The position numbers were made by a program, and so were the translations under genes. The notes under the pieces are model-generated. The model had not been told where the DNA came from and did no database searches. It was given only the letters and a program-made list of their open reading frames with translations. From the NCBI GenBank assembly GCA_030265395.1, contig JARFYF010000052.1:118279125-118343124 (forward strand): a stretch of 64,000 bases of DNA. The letters are read 5' to 3'. Each line of letters starts with the position of its first letter. The first letter of the stretch is position 1. This document shows, piece after piece, positions 1 through 12,791 of the stretch. This stretch comes from Rhina ancylostomus. Lineage: Eukaryota.

Positions 1-679
1 ACGTATGGGCCTTGACACTGATTAGCCAACAGTCTGAGACAATCAGAGTCTCCCACTCTCTCACTACCATGAGGGATAGGAACAAAGTCAAGGGGCTGAA
101 TGGCTGTGTTCCCATTTTTAAGAGCTCAGAGCCACAGCAGTTTGTTGTAACTAGTTTGACAGTTTAGTTACTTGTTATGCCTGATCTATTGGTCTACTGC
201 CTGTTGTTTTAATTGCCTCTGCTCCCAGTTTCTCCTTTTCTACTGTTGAAGGTGCTAGATTTACAGTCTTGCAAAACATTACATTGTAGAACTCTGGCTA
301 AATTTTCTTCTTCCTTCATTCTCCTGCAACTTTTGCTCCAGATAATTCTGTACGCATTGGGTATTGAACATGAATGCCATCAGTCCATTTAGCATTGCAC
401 TTGGCAACAGTTTTCTAAGCTAATATGGAAATATTGTTGTCTTGAAGGTTCCCGTGAACGTATTGGAGGTGGGGTTGAAAAGTAGAAGCCCTAACTTTTA
501 CCTTCTCACTTTTCAACTTGTTTTGAGATCTGGGGGAATTTTCAACTGCCCTCTATCCATTTCCTGTAATTGCAGAGGAAACTTTGGACATCTCGATCAG
601 CCATTCTCCTACTTTGTTCAAACCCTGGTCTGAATATTGAACAATGTAACCCACCCAAGACCAGGAAGAAGATGTTGAA

Positions 680-776
680 AATAGAAATGGAGTATGTTGG
701 AAATAACCATCAGGTCAGGCAGCATACATGGAGAGAGAAACAAATAACATTATAGGCAATAACCTTTCATCAGAAG
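680..776 (-). mobile_element. Penelope-like element terminal-repeat remnant
   Basis: caggtcaggcagcat...ggagagagaaac...ctttcatcag; the reverse complement contains CTGATGAAAGG, the same motif as the other PLE ends in the window. Confidence 0.55.
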
Positions 777-1089
777 TTTGTGATTCGAGGTCCAGTGCCA
801 GTTGTAAATGCTGACTACAATTTTCTTGGATATGTGGCTGCACTGATTAGTTTAAGTTGGACCCAGTTTTTCTGGGCACTGAATGAACTAAACCTCTTCG
901 CTAACTGCCTGTCCATTCTTGCTTCTGTCCATCCATCACTGACCACGACAGTCCCTATCTTCCAGAATGCAGAAGCCTATCTGAAAATCAGCAAATCAGC
1001 TTGGTCTACAGAGGCTTCAGTTTTCCATTATCATGAAGCCAATCTTTTCATCTCCTGGGTCATCATGAGTGATCTGGGAAATGTCTCAT

Positions 1090-1360
1090 TTCCTCTTCTA
1101 TGCCAGTTCCACATAGCCCTCAATTCCCTGATCTTCCAAAGGTTTATTTACTACTTCCTTTTAAATATCCCCAGTGATCCAGCCTCCATAATCCCCCAGA
1201 GTAGAGTTCCAGAGATTCACCACCCTCTGCAAGAAGTAGTTCTAATACACCTCCGTTTTAAATGACCAGCCCTGAATTTTGTAACTAAGTCCCCTGTTTG
1301 AGATTCTCTCACTAGTGAAAACATCTCGACATCTACCCTGTCGTGGATCCTCCAGGATCA
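1090..1360 (-). mobile_element. CR1-like LINE 3' fragment
   Basis: Similar to 2150-2370 and to the reverse of CR1 3' ends (gtagagttccagagattcaccaccctctg, acatctaccctgtc). Confidence 0.65.
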
Positions 1361-2149
1361 GATGATGACCGACTGTGTTCTTGTTCTGGGTGATGGTGCG
1401 CTCTTTGATCCTACTGATGTAGTGGGTCTGTTGAGCCTTGCTTAAACCCTCCTCACCCAGTTCCCACACTGAGAGTAGATGTATTGGGGAACTTTCTCAG
1501 AAATGCTCTCAATCAGTTGGTAGAACTTTGACAGGAGATCAGCAGAATCCTTGAATCTTCATGATCCAGAAGCATATACGCAGGAAGAAGTTTTTAAGTC
1601 GATGCTCTACCATTCATTTAGATCATGGCTGATCATTGCTGCTGATCATTGCTATTGATCTTGCAATAGCTGTAGCTACATTCAGGAGGATCTGCAGGGA
1701 AACGCCAGTTATGGTTACCTACTGCTAGGGTGGTCAGTAGGACTTGGGTAAAATGCAATGGTGAAATTATAATCCTACTTCGTATTGAACCAAAACCTTC
1801 TGGCAGTGTGGATTTAAATTGAGTGCTTCTCTTTCACTGGTGAAGGGAACATTCTGACATGATAAATCTAAAAGTACTGCACAAGGAGCCTTCAACTTGT
1901 ATTGGCCTGAGTGCAACATTTTATGAAATACACTAAGCCTGCAACAGCACTCTGTTCTGTCCCTTGGAAACACAGATTGTGCCCTGTGCAAAGAAGGGGA
2001 AAAATTGAGAAAGAAGTATGCTAGTCAAGATCACTGCTCCTTGTCACACAGCCCCATTGTGACTGTTTTGTTTAGTGTTGGGTTTATTTTGGAAGTTTAT
2101 TTATTTTTTTTGAATATACAGACTTTCTGGGGAATGTTCAATGAGTGAA

Positions 2150-2370
2150 CACAAAACTGGAGCAGGAGTAGGCCACTTGGCCCCTCAAGCCTTGCCCTGC
2201 CACTCAATATGATCATGGCTGATCTGGCCCAGGCCTCCACTCCTCTTCTATGCCAGTTACCCATAGCCCACAATTTCCCAGTCTTTCAAAAAAAATCTAT
2301 CTACTTGCTTTTTACATCCCTCCAATGATCTGATCTCCACAATCCTCCAGGGCAAAGAATTCCAGAAAGT
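2150..2370 (-). mobile_element. CR1-like LINE 3' end
   Basis: ggagcaggagtaggccacttggcccctcaagcc...gatcatggctgatct...gggcaaagaattccaga, a typical reverse CR1 3' UTR. Confidence 0.7.
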
Positions 2371-2596
2371 GCTTTGGATCTGTGCCTGAATAGGCGGGCC
2401 CTGCAGGTCATTGAGTCATGGAAGGTCGATCCCAGTTGAGCATCAGACCATTCCACCCAATGTTTGCATATGCCACCACTACATAACAATGAGGGTGATG
2501 GTAGCTTCTCCACTACCTGAGATTGGATCACAAAAAGGACCAAGCCAATTTTTTTGATTTAACTCTCATCCTAAATCATCAAGGTGATGATAAATA

Positions 2597-2855
2597 GGAC
2601 ATAGGACAGTACCTCACAGTATGGGGCCTCTGGTCCACTATGTTGTGTTGACCTACATAAACCTACTCCATGATCAATTTGACCCTCCCCTCGTACACAG
2701 CCCATAACCCTCCATTTTTCTTACATCCACCTTAAATATCCCTATTGTATCAGCCTCTACCACCAGCCCCGGCAGTGCATTCCAGGCACCCACCACTATA
2801 TCTATATATATATATAACTTTTTTTAAAAACCTACCTCCGACATCTCCCCTCAAC
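2597..2855 (-). mobile_element. CR1 (HER1-like) LINE 3' end with internal (TA)n
   Basis: ataggacagtac...cagcctctaccaccagccccggcagtgcattccaggcacccacc; homologous to 41455-41680. Confidence 0.7.
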
Positions 2856-3219
2856 TATATTTCTAAACTTTACTTACAGGTGTGAGGCTGAGTCAGTTCT
2901 TGGTGGGCCAACCATGAATTGTCTCAGCAGTGTTAGTTTGTGTGCCATCTATTGACAAGAGTATAGCAATTGANNNNNNNNNNNNNNNNNNNNNNTCTTG
3001 GTGACCATATCTATTACCTGCATCGTCATGACCAAGAGCAGACGCTGTGTGTGCAGAGAGTGCTCCAATACCTCTCCAACCCAGGATTAGCAGCAAGAAG
3101 GAAAATGGTACAAATTAGGAGTCAGAATTGTGCCCATTTTAATCCTCCTCCACAACCCATTCTTATGGAGGGGACCGACAAGCCTTCCAAATCTCACCCA
3201 AGTAGCCATTCTTTATGAA

Positions 3220-3420
3220 ATAAAAAGAGCAAATTTTGGAGATACCCAGTAGGTTAGGGAACATCTTTCAGAGAGAGAAAATAGTTCCTGTTTCAGTTTG
3301 ATGCCCTTTCTCTGAAACATTACCTTGCTCTTGTTACAGATGCTGCCTGACCTGCCGAGTACTTCTTGCACTTGCTGTTTTTATTTTAGATATTCAACAT
3401 GTACCTTATTTTGCTTTTGG
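3220..3420. mobile_element. Inverted pair of Penelope-like terminal-repeat remnants
   Basis: Left arm (minus) ...gagagagaaaatagttcctgtttcag; right arm (plus) ctgaaacatt...acagatgctgcctgacctgccgagta. Confidence 0.55.
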
Positions 3421-3839
3421 CTTATTTTATGTGCAGTTTTAGACAGCATTGCCAGGCTTTTGGTGGGATGGAGGGAGTAGACAGAATAATCTGCCTTGAA
3501 CTTTCCATGATTTTTCACATTATGTGCATGTTGTGCTATTGACACTTGCAGCTGAAAGCAGTGTATAAATTGTCCAACAAGCAGACTCCATAGGCAGCTG
3601 TAAAATTACCATTGGAATCGGAGCAAATGATCAAGAGAATCCCTTGGACATTTCACTTGCAATTGTTTTAAGGAAATTGTAACAAAACCTAAAAGTACTT
3701 TAAACTTTTGGATGAAAGTTTGCAGTCCCACTTTGTGTGTGTGTGTGGTAATCAGTGAAATCATTTGTGGATATTCTGCTTGGGATATTTCAAAACTCTA
3801 CTAAGTAGAACAATACAGGTTCACTCCCTCCCTCTCTCT

Positions 3840-4410
3840 GGGGTGTCATGTTACAGTTGTACATAACATCATTGGCATTACTTGGAATATCGTGCGCAGT
3901 TCTGGTCATCATACGACAGGAAAGATGTGGTTAAGCTCGAGAGGGTGAAGATAAGATTCGCAGGGATGTTGTTTGGATTGGAGGACTTGAATTATAAGGA
4001 GAGACTGGATAGGCTGGGACTGTTTACCCTGGAGTAAAGGTTGCTGAGAGGTGATATGATAGAGATATGTAAAAATGTATGGAAGGCATAGATAGGGTAG
4101 ATAGCTAGAGTCTGTGTTTCCCATGGTAGGAGTGTCTAAAACTTGAGGGCATAGGTTTATGGTCAGAAGGAGGAGGTTTAAAGGTGGATCTAAGAGTTAA
4201 ATTTTTTGCACAAAGATCAGTTAGTATCTGGAATGAGCTGCCAGAACAGGTGGTGGAGGCAGGAGCAGTAACAATATTTAAGAGGCATCCGAGGAATCAC
4301 TTGAATGAGCAGGGCATAGAGGGATATGGAATAAATGCAGCCAAATGAGATTGGCATGATGGTCAACGTAGATGTGGTGAACCTGTGCTGCACAGCTCTG
4401 TCTCTATGAT
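3840..4410 (+). mobile_element. CR1 LINE: ORF2 C-terminus and 3' UTR (degenerate)
   Basis: Manual translation gives VMLQLY...LEYRAQFWSSYDRKDVVKLERV, matching the CR1 ORF2 C-terminal motif, followed by a CR1-type tail. Confidence 0.85.
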
Positions 4411-5346
4411 TAAATCAACTGGTTAGATTCTTTACCCAATGTCAGAATGAAATGATTGAGCTAATGTGGGAGGTGCTGCTTTAAGATGTCACTCTGTTCG
4501 GCTTCTGTTGGTCAGCAGTGGGATTTCACTCCCACTCTTAAGCTTACAAGGTATCCTAACCTTGCTTCACACAGCCGAGGGCTATGATTGAAGCTTGATA
4601 CATTAAGTTTCCTTTCAGTTTATTGTAAATGAAGCCTTTAAAACAATAACAAATGTAAAGGTAGGACTCTCAGCTCGAGTGGTTTCTATATAGTGCTTGT
4701 TAAATATTTACTAAACTTGTATCCTTAAGAGAACTAAATGTGTCTGAAGTAGTGCAGAAATATTATCTTTCAAGCATTGAACAGTAAATAGACAAGTGCC
4801 TGTTTCATTAGAAGTAATTATTCAGTTAATTCATACTAAAAGAACAGTACTCCCTTGGGCCTGTTACTGGGTATTCTCAAGTGCTCAGAGGACACTGACC
4901 CTGCACTAATGTTGGACATATGTCCCTGCTCAGAATTTTTTTACCTGGACATGCAGGAATCCTTCTGCCCTGTGAATATTTTGATTTTTGGAAGGGGCAC
5001 ACAGTGGGTACTTGAGAATAGATCCATACAACAAAAGACAAGTTTGGTACTTTCATGTTCCCTCCCCCAGAACCGTTATTTAACATGTGACTAATTGCAA
5101 AAGGAAGCCTTTAATCTGCCCTGTTCTGAGGGTTTTCTGCTGTGACGAGTGGGTGGGATAGAGCTGGGAGGATGGTTGGTCAGGGGGGTGGGGGTGGAGT
5201 TGTTGGTGAAGTATTTCAGCCAGCACAAACAGGAGGTTGTTTTTGTTAATATAGTCAACAGTTCCTGTTGCCTGGAATGCTGTGGAATGTGGTTGGAGTA
5301 CACCAGTGACCATGTTGCTTCCCACCCCCACTTCCCTTGCTGAATT

Positions 5347-5371
5347 CCAGTTAACTGGCTCTAGCTAGAGC
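5347..5371. repeat. Two abutting perfect palindromes
   Basis: ccagttaactgg (5347-5358) and gctctagctagagc (5358-5371). Confidence 0.8.
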
Positions 5372-5789
5372 TTTTATTGCAGACCCCACATCATCCACTA
5401 TCACAGGCAGTGGAGATTGGTTGGAAATAGACTCTCAATTTTTGGTCTTGTGCATTTGACACTAGACTGAAGAAAAATAAATGTCGGTAAGCAGGAAAAC
5501 ATAATTTATCCAAGGAACTGTACGAAGATGCAGGCGGATAATTGCAAGGTACATAATTGAGCAGAGACAAGTTATGCTCTCTTCATTGTACTTTGCATTG
5601 TGCTTTATTGATGCATGTTATTCAGAGCTTTGTTCTGAAGTAGGAGACAAGTGGTGCTGGCCACTTTATCTGAGGTGGAATGACTCAGTTTGGTATAGGA
5701 ACAGGCTGGTAACTGACCCACTGCCCAGTAGGGAAGGGACATTATTAAGGAAGTACCAAGTTTTCCATTCCTGGTTTCGTATCATTCTA

Positions 5790-6072
5790 TAGCAAGACAC
5801 TCTGTCTCTAGCTTTTCCCTGTCTTCCAGTTCCACAATCTTGTCCACAAGCTGCTAAGGCTTCAAATCCTGGAATTCCCCAAGCTCCTACACCTAGCTAC
5901 CTCTCTTCCTTTAAAACACACTGTAAAATCTGCCTTGTTGACCAAGNNNNNNNNNNNNNNNNNNNNNNNNNNNNNNNNNNNNNNNNNCAGATTTTGATTG
6001 AATAATGCTACTTTAAAATGCCTCAGAACAATTTATTACAGTAACTGTGCTGTATAAATGCAAGTCGTTTTT
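5790..6072 (+). mobile_element. L2-like LINE 3' end
   Basis: ctggaattcccc...cctttaaaac...gaccaag...gtgctgtataaatgcaagt tail; spans an N gap. Confidence 0.55.
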
Positions 6073-6209
6073 GTGTAGCTGATCCTACCAGCAGAATGTA
6101 GCATAGGCGGTGGTAAATTTACCACTGTACTTGTAGCAGGCAATCAAGAGAACCCCACTGGACATTTGAAGTGCAGATGTTGTAAGGAAAATGTACCAAA
6201 GCCTCAACT

Positions 6210-6420
6210 TTTGTCCAATGCGGTTTAAAGTACATAGTCTGGCATTGCATTCAGTAGTAGGTAAAGACATTGTGGATGCTTTCATTGGAATTTTCCAAAA
6301 CTCATTCGGTCCAGGAATTGTTGCTTAGATTTAAGCATTGCCATTCATCCCATACAGAGGGAGAAGGAAAATGGTGGTGGAAGATGTTAGAAACTTGCAT
6401 GCTGCACTTTAGTTAAAATA
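6210..6420 (+). mobile_element. CR1 RT-region fragment (old)
   Basis: attgtggatgctttcattggaattttccaaaactc resembles the CR1 IVDAL..IFQNS region; homologous to 17520-17600. Confidence 0.45.
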
Positions 6421-7439
6421 ATGGGGTGTAACTGGGAATAGAAAGTTCACTTTCAGACACTCCGTTGTAATCTAGATTTTGTGTAATGATTTGCTTCAAT
6501 TCTTAAGTGGCCAATACCAGCTAAAATGTCCTGGTAAATGAAAGCTCTCTGTTTGATGTCTCTCACTGAATGTGTATGAATTGTTGTTTTTAATTGTGTA
6601 GTCCTATTTAGTGTTATGTGTTCACACTGCATTGTTTCGATTGCCTGCTATTCAAGGTGGTGTATTCCTGAATGTTGTTACTGATAGAGGGTTGGTGAAG
6701 TCTACTGTGATTCTGAATCATGAAGGTTGCTGCATTTGGTATTGATAGGCTTTCTTTTGGAGAAGCCTCAAGCCCCAAAATGTGCACTGCGCATGATATG
6801 GTTAACAAAAAATGTGAGAAAGAAATAAGTCAAGAAGTTGTATCCTGTTAACATCAAGTTTGATCTTATGCAGTTGAAGCATAAAATGCAGAGCTGTGGA
6901 TCAGGTGGTAAACTGATTCTGTTGCTTTAAGGTCCTGGGAAGAGTTGGAATTTGAGCTGGAGACTACACAATATGTCTTGATTTCAGCACTGTAGGGGTG
7001 TACTTAGACCACGGAAAGAACAAGGCATGATATTTCAGAGGTGTAAAGACCATAAACTGTCTTAGTAGCATGAAGAGAGATGAGAAAGTTCACATTAATA
7101 AAGCTCCTAAGGCAGTTTGATCTTTTTCAATTCCCCTGGAGATGTACCTTTTGGTTAGTTGTCCTTTTAAAAAATGCCACTTCTGATTTGCTTCAAATTG
7201 GGTTTGGCCTGCTGGCAACAGTGTCTCGCTTAAGCTGGCCAAGGTCCATTCTAAATGGCATCATTCAGCAATTGCGCCTCTTCANNNNNNNNNNNNNNNN
7301 NNNNNNNNNNNNNNNNNNNNNNNNNNNNNNNNNNNNNNNNNNNNNNNNNNNNNNNNNNNNNNNNNNNNNNNNNNNNNNNNNNNNAACCTTGCCTACCAGG
7401 AGTGCTTACCTTCATCGTGTATTAGGCAGTCCTGTAATC

Positions 7440-7440
<1 letters not shown>

Positions 7441-7481
<41 letters not shown>
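7441..7481. repeat. (ATT)n microsatellite
   Basis: About 13 tandem att units. Confidence 0.98.
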
Positions 7482-7482
<1 letters not shown>

Positions 7483-8594
7483 GCCCAAGCCTCAATACTG
7501 AACTGAAGAACTGTAATCGTTTTGCTGTTGGGAACCTGTTCATATTGATCCCTCCCACTAGTGTTGCTGGTAGGCAAAGGCGATCTCCTTGAACTAGCTC
7601 TACTGTTTAATGTTTTTTTTTCTGTACCTCACTCCATTCCTTATCTTTGCTCCATATTCCTTGCATCTAATTCATCTAGCATCCATAATATTTCCAGCAA
7701 CAGAGAACAAGGCCATTCAGCTTGTCAGGTCCATGACCCTTTGTGCAAGGAAGTTGAATGGATGAATCCTTAGAAGACCAACACCAGTTGATAGCAGCAA
7801 TGGTGTGGCCCTAGAAACCACATAGTAGTTTGCTACATGGATGTCTGCAACTGGAAGTGATAGCTGTACCCCAGTGGCGGGTGGCAGGAATCTGTTTTGA
7901 TTTGTTTCTGCCATTGCTGGGGTTTTCAGACATGCTTTGTAAAAAGTGGAACCTCAAGATGCCTGGTAAAGTTGTTGGTTGGAACAGGGTAGGGAATTCA
8001 ATGAGTTTGGATTCCCTTCACTGGGAAGTCTTTACCTGTGTTAAATGGGACTTGGCATAGAAGCCACAACCAGTAGATCAAGTAACATGGTGAAAATGTA
8101 TAATTTAATTGTGGTGACCTGGGAATTTTTAACAAGATCAATGTTTTATTGCCTGTCCCTATCAGTGTAAGAGAATGTGTTGGTGGGCTGCATTGAGTCA
8201 TATCTGTCTGTATAAAGTCGCTGCTGTCCTGGTAGGAAGCAAGTTCCAAGAATTGACTGCTTAAGCAATGGTATGGTAATGGGGAGTGGGATCAATGTTT
8301 TAAAGTGGTGCATGGTCTGCCAGCCAAGCTTTTATTCTTGATGGTGTTGAGGTTCTTTTAATGTTGTTCCATCTATACTGATACAGATAATTGAGAGAAC
8401 TGCATCATTATCTGATAAACCTTGCAGGTGGTGGAAATGGTTTTTTGGAAAGCTATTCACTGCAGAGTACTCAGCCTTGCTCTTGTGGCTATAATATTTG
8501 TGTAGCTTGTCCATTTGAGCATCTAGTCAGTGGTACCGCAGGATATCGTGGTTTGTATGATAATAGTAATGTGGTTTTATGTCAGGTAGTTAAA

Positions 8595-8890
8595 CTCACA
8601 GTGACAACACCGAAACAGGCCCTTTGGCCCACTGAGTTTGTGTCAACCATCAACCACCCCTTTACACTAATCCCACTTTTTTTACTTCACTTTCTCACCA
8701 ATTCCCCCCCAGATTCTACCACTCAGTGACACAGTGGCCAATTAACTTGCCAACCCACACATCTCTGGGATGTCAGAGCACCCGGAGGAAACTCATGCAG
8801 TCACAGGGAGGACATTGCAACTCTATAGACAGCATCCCACATCAGGATCGAACCCAGATCTCTGGCACTGAGGCAGCAGCTGTCGCCCCT
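8595..8890 (-). mobile_element. tRNA-derived V-SINE (HE1-like)
   Basis: Reverse complement has a tRNA-like head (ctgcctcagtgccagagatctgggttcgatcctg), V-domain-like core and CR1-type tail; homologous to 29375-29728. Confidence 0.85.
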
Positions 8891-8999
8891 AGTTGTTGGA
8901 AACAATAAAAACCCGACAGTTTGTGATGCAAATATTACATAACAGCCACATCCACCCAAACTTGTTCAGGTCTTAGTACGAGTGGGCATGGATTGTGTC

Positions 9000-9400
9000 A
9001 GAATTGAAAGTGGAGCTGAAAAGTGTGAAGGTATTAGTGAGCAGCCTACTTCTGACTTTGACAGACATGGTCACTAATAGAAACAGCTGTAGATTGTCGG
9101 GTCAAGGAAGCTGTCTTCAGGAACTTGTGCAGTGATGTCTGGTTTGAGGTGAGTGATTTCCAAAAGCCACAGTCATTCTCAGTTCTGGTGGATCTTGTCT
9201 GATCACCACAGACTTGGGATCCTTGCTGCCACACATTATCGAATGTTGTACTGAAGCCAGGGGCCATCTCTCTTGTTTCACCTCAGGAATTCGTTCCTGA
9301 AGCTGATGGGTCTTCAACTTTTGGGAAAGTTGTTGCCCCTGCCCATGAGGAGAGAACCATGTTCAGTGAGGGTCAGAGAGGGGATTTCACTGGTCAGCAG
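9000..9400 (-). mobile_element. Old CR1/L2-clade LINE RT fragment
   Basis: Minus-strand frame GFSTTFDNVWQQG resembles the RT motif D...AFDxVWHxG. Confidence 0.55.
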
Positions 9401-10754
9401 TTAAACTGGGAAGAGATTAAGTGAGCTGGAGATGGCTTTCATTGTTGAAATAAAATTTGAGGATCTGTTATTGATTTGAAGAACAGCAGCATGAAAACAA
9501 TTTTCTTTTAAGAAGTCAATAGAAAACAACAGGTATCTCTGGAAGCTCAGTTTGGATCTAGCCCAAGCTGATAGATGAAGGTCTTGCGTTTCTAAAGGCT
9601 TTACGGAACTCTGAACACAAACCTTTGGTGTGCATGCTGTCCTGACTTGGTAACATCCTGTATGTGAAAGCTCAATTCTACAATTGGAGCACTCTGACTG
9701 TTGGACCACAGCATTGGGGCAGATTGGGAAGGGTGGTACTCTACAGAAATGGGAGTGGGCATAGGATCACACTGCACAAAATGAACAAGTGTCCAGCTTC
9801 CCAATGCTGACACGCTTCACTTAATTGAGTACAACAAAGTTTATGGAAGGGAGATTATAATGATCATTTCAAATATAGTTCATTATTTGTTGTAGAGAAG
9901 TGTTTTGACTGTTTTCTCATCTTTCATGATTATGCCTCCTTCAACTAGCCTTTTTCATAATTATAAATGCCAAACCTTATCTCCCTTGAACTTGTTCTCT
10001 TTGCAGTAGCCTTTGTGCTTTTAAATTGCTTCCTGGTACGGCCTCTGATCATTTTTTTTTTCTTGGCGATCATATTTGAAAATGTGTGTTTTTATTCTGA
10101 ATTTTTAATATTTTTTATTTTCCTGTTTCTGGGGAATGATTTTTGGGCAAAACCTTGTCTGAGCATTTTATGGGAACATAGAAGAATGACTTGATGAAGC
10201 TTGATTGACACTGTGGCTACTTTTGGTTTTGTGATGATGGGATACCAAGTGTCTTCTGTTCTAGAATATTCAACAGTTCAAAGTCTTCTGAACCTAGAGT
10301 AATTCAAGTTCTTCTGTAACAAAGAATAACACTTTCATCCATTTAAGCAATTAAATTTTATTTAAAACCCAATTTGTTAAGTAAGATTAGGTACTTCGCA
10401 TGAGTGTAAATCCTTCAGGATCTTTCATCCGGGTCCTCTCTCTGTATGATGCACGTGAGCTAGAAAGCCATTGAGTAAGTATGTTGTGATGTCAACTGGT
10501 CTACAAGGTACAATTGATATCACTTCTTGAAATTGTGAATGACACATCTGTCAAACTCTGAACCAGATCTTCAACAGTTGTGTTGAGACCTATTCTTGAG
10601 TAGGTTATGTGTGGTGTTAATCTTCTACGATTTGGGTTCTTTCTTTCTTTAGCTTTCTCAGTACTGACTGCCCCCAATTTCTTCACCCACCTAGCTCTGT
10701 TGGGTTTTGCCCTGACACCTCCCCCTCCACCCCCATTGCCACCCTGGAAGTTGC

Positions 10755-11203
10755 ATTGGAAACCAGCCTCCCTTCCATGGACTCTGTCTATACTTCTCAC
10801 TGCCTTGGTAAAGCAGCCAGCATAATCAAAGATCCCACCCACCTTGGACATTCTCTCTCCTACCCCCTGCCATTGGGCAGATGATACAAAAGCCTGAAAG
10901 CACGTACCACCTGGCTCAAGGACAGCTTCTGTCCCACAGTTATAAGTCTACTGTCCGGTCCCTGGTACCATAAGATGGACTCTTAGACCTCTCAATCTAC
11001 CTTGTCATGGCCTTGCATCTTATTGTCTGCCTGCACTGCACTTTCTCTGTAACTGTAACACTTCATTCTGTATTCTGTTATTGTTTTCCGTCGTACTACC
11101 CCAATGCACTGTTGTAAAGAAATGATCTGTATGGATGGCATGCAAAACAAAGTTTTGCACTGTACCTTGGTACATGTGACAATAATAAACCAATTCACCA
11201 ATT
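10755..11203 (+). mobile_element. Rex1/Babar LINE, 5'-truncated 3' end
   Basis: Reverse-complement match to 13411-13850; LPSMDSVYTSHCLGKAASIIKDPTH and a caataataaaccaatt tail. Confidence 0.85.
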
Positions 11204-11669
11204 TAATTTAATGTACCCTAACATCTGCCCCCCCCCACACCTACCCTAAAATCAAGATCCCATCCCCAACCCTTCTGTCCACAATTGTCTTCTGCAACCT
11301 CCGCTCTCTGTGATAGCAGGAGAAGGACCTTTTGTGCCTGACCTGTTCTACCATGCACAATACCTTGGGCGTCAGGGGTAGGAGAACACTCAGGCCTCTG
11401 GGCTTTTACATGAAAACACCTGCTGAAGAATTTGTAGCCTGCTGTCTCTCTGTGGGGCAGACTTTCAGCCTATGGCATGTACAACAAGTTGTAAACTTGT
11501 CTTTGGAAAAAGAAACCACAAACTTTTTTTTACACATGCTGTACTTGGGAAACCTCCCCTGCTAATAAGAGACAACGTTAATCTTTCATTAGAACTCTTG
11601 GAGAGCTCAGGAAGTAATCTAAATTATGGAGCACCATGGATGCTCTACAACAGTTTGGACAACATGTTC

Positions 11670-11790
11670 TTCAACCTGATACGTTAACTTTCTTTCTTGT
11701 TCCATAGAGGCTGCCTCACCTGCTGAGTGTTTCCAGCACTTTTTGTTTTTATTTCAGATTTCCAGCATCTGCAGTTTTTTTTAAATTTCC
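11670..11790 (+). mobile_element. Penelope-like terminal-repeat remnant
   Basis: gctgcctcacctgctgagtgtttccagcac...atttcagatttccagcatctgcag. Confidence 0.65.
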
Positions 11791-12791
11791 ATTCAATGTT
11801 AATCTTTCTTATCAGATGGAAAATGTACAGGCGGGCTGTTTAAAAATGCATAGTTTTTTTGTGTTTTGTTTCTTTACTTCCAGAGTTTTGCAGGTGACTA
11901 AGAACTTGCTATTCTAAAGCAGACAGGAACCTTTTTAAACATGTGAATCGCATTTCTCTTTTGTTAACAGGGGTCTGATGCAGTTCTAGCTGGTCCTGAG
12001 CAGAGAAGCCACAGACAAGAAACCCATTGGGTAAATACATCAGCCTGTTAGGACATTTCCCCTGAGAAAATCACATCTACCATGGCAGTCTCATAACCCT
12101 GTCATTGCAACCGAAATCCTCTGGACGGCCAGCACTGCCTTCTGAATGGGAAGTGGATTGATGCCATTTTAATATTCATCATGANNNNNNNNNNNNNNNN
12201 NNNNNNNNNNNNNNNNNNNNNNNNNNNNNNNNNNNNNNNNNNNNNNNNNNNNNNNNNNNNNNNNNNNNNNNNNNNNNNNNNNNNATCATGATATCTTGTT
12301 GACTGATGGGCTGGGAATGAGCACACCAGAAACTCTAGGTTAAAATCTGTCCCAAGGCTCACGTTGCATCCACTCTTGTACAGTTGAGCTTTTTAAGTTT
12401 GCCTTCCTTGCCTCTAACTAAATAAGCTCTTAACATGGTTAAGGTAATGCCTGAACAGTCTATTTTTTTTAAACGTAAACAATCTGAGCAAGTTCACGAG
12501 TCAGAAAAATTACTTGCCTAGAAATTGGATTTCACCCTTCCTTGTTGCAGTAAATCCACATTGTGTACATTCTAAACCCCTGCAAAAAGTTGTGAAGTTG
12601 GGCAAAAGTAGAATGGTGATTTAACCCAGTATCGCACACTATACTGGGACCTGCTCTGTCCTATACTGGGACAGAGCAGGGTCAATTGCATGTTCTAACA
12701 GTTTGTTACGTGCCTCTCTTGAAGACGATCATCCCTTAAAAGTTCACTTCCACAGCACCAAGACAGCAACAACATGTATTTTGACTGCCAA

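Noticed and set aside
2996-3107. Frame DHIYYLHRHDQEQTLCVQRVLQ..ARRKM as the upstream LCMT2 exon
   Set aside because: Only superficial similarity to GYYVRARAV..C..FL; weak donor (gtacaa); acceptor hidden in an N gap
10231-10290. GTGATGA...CTGA as a C/D box snoRNA
   Set aside because: Short, weak terminal stem and no identifiable guide sequence; such motifs occur by chance
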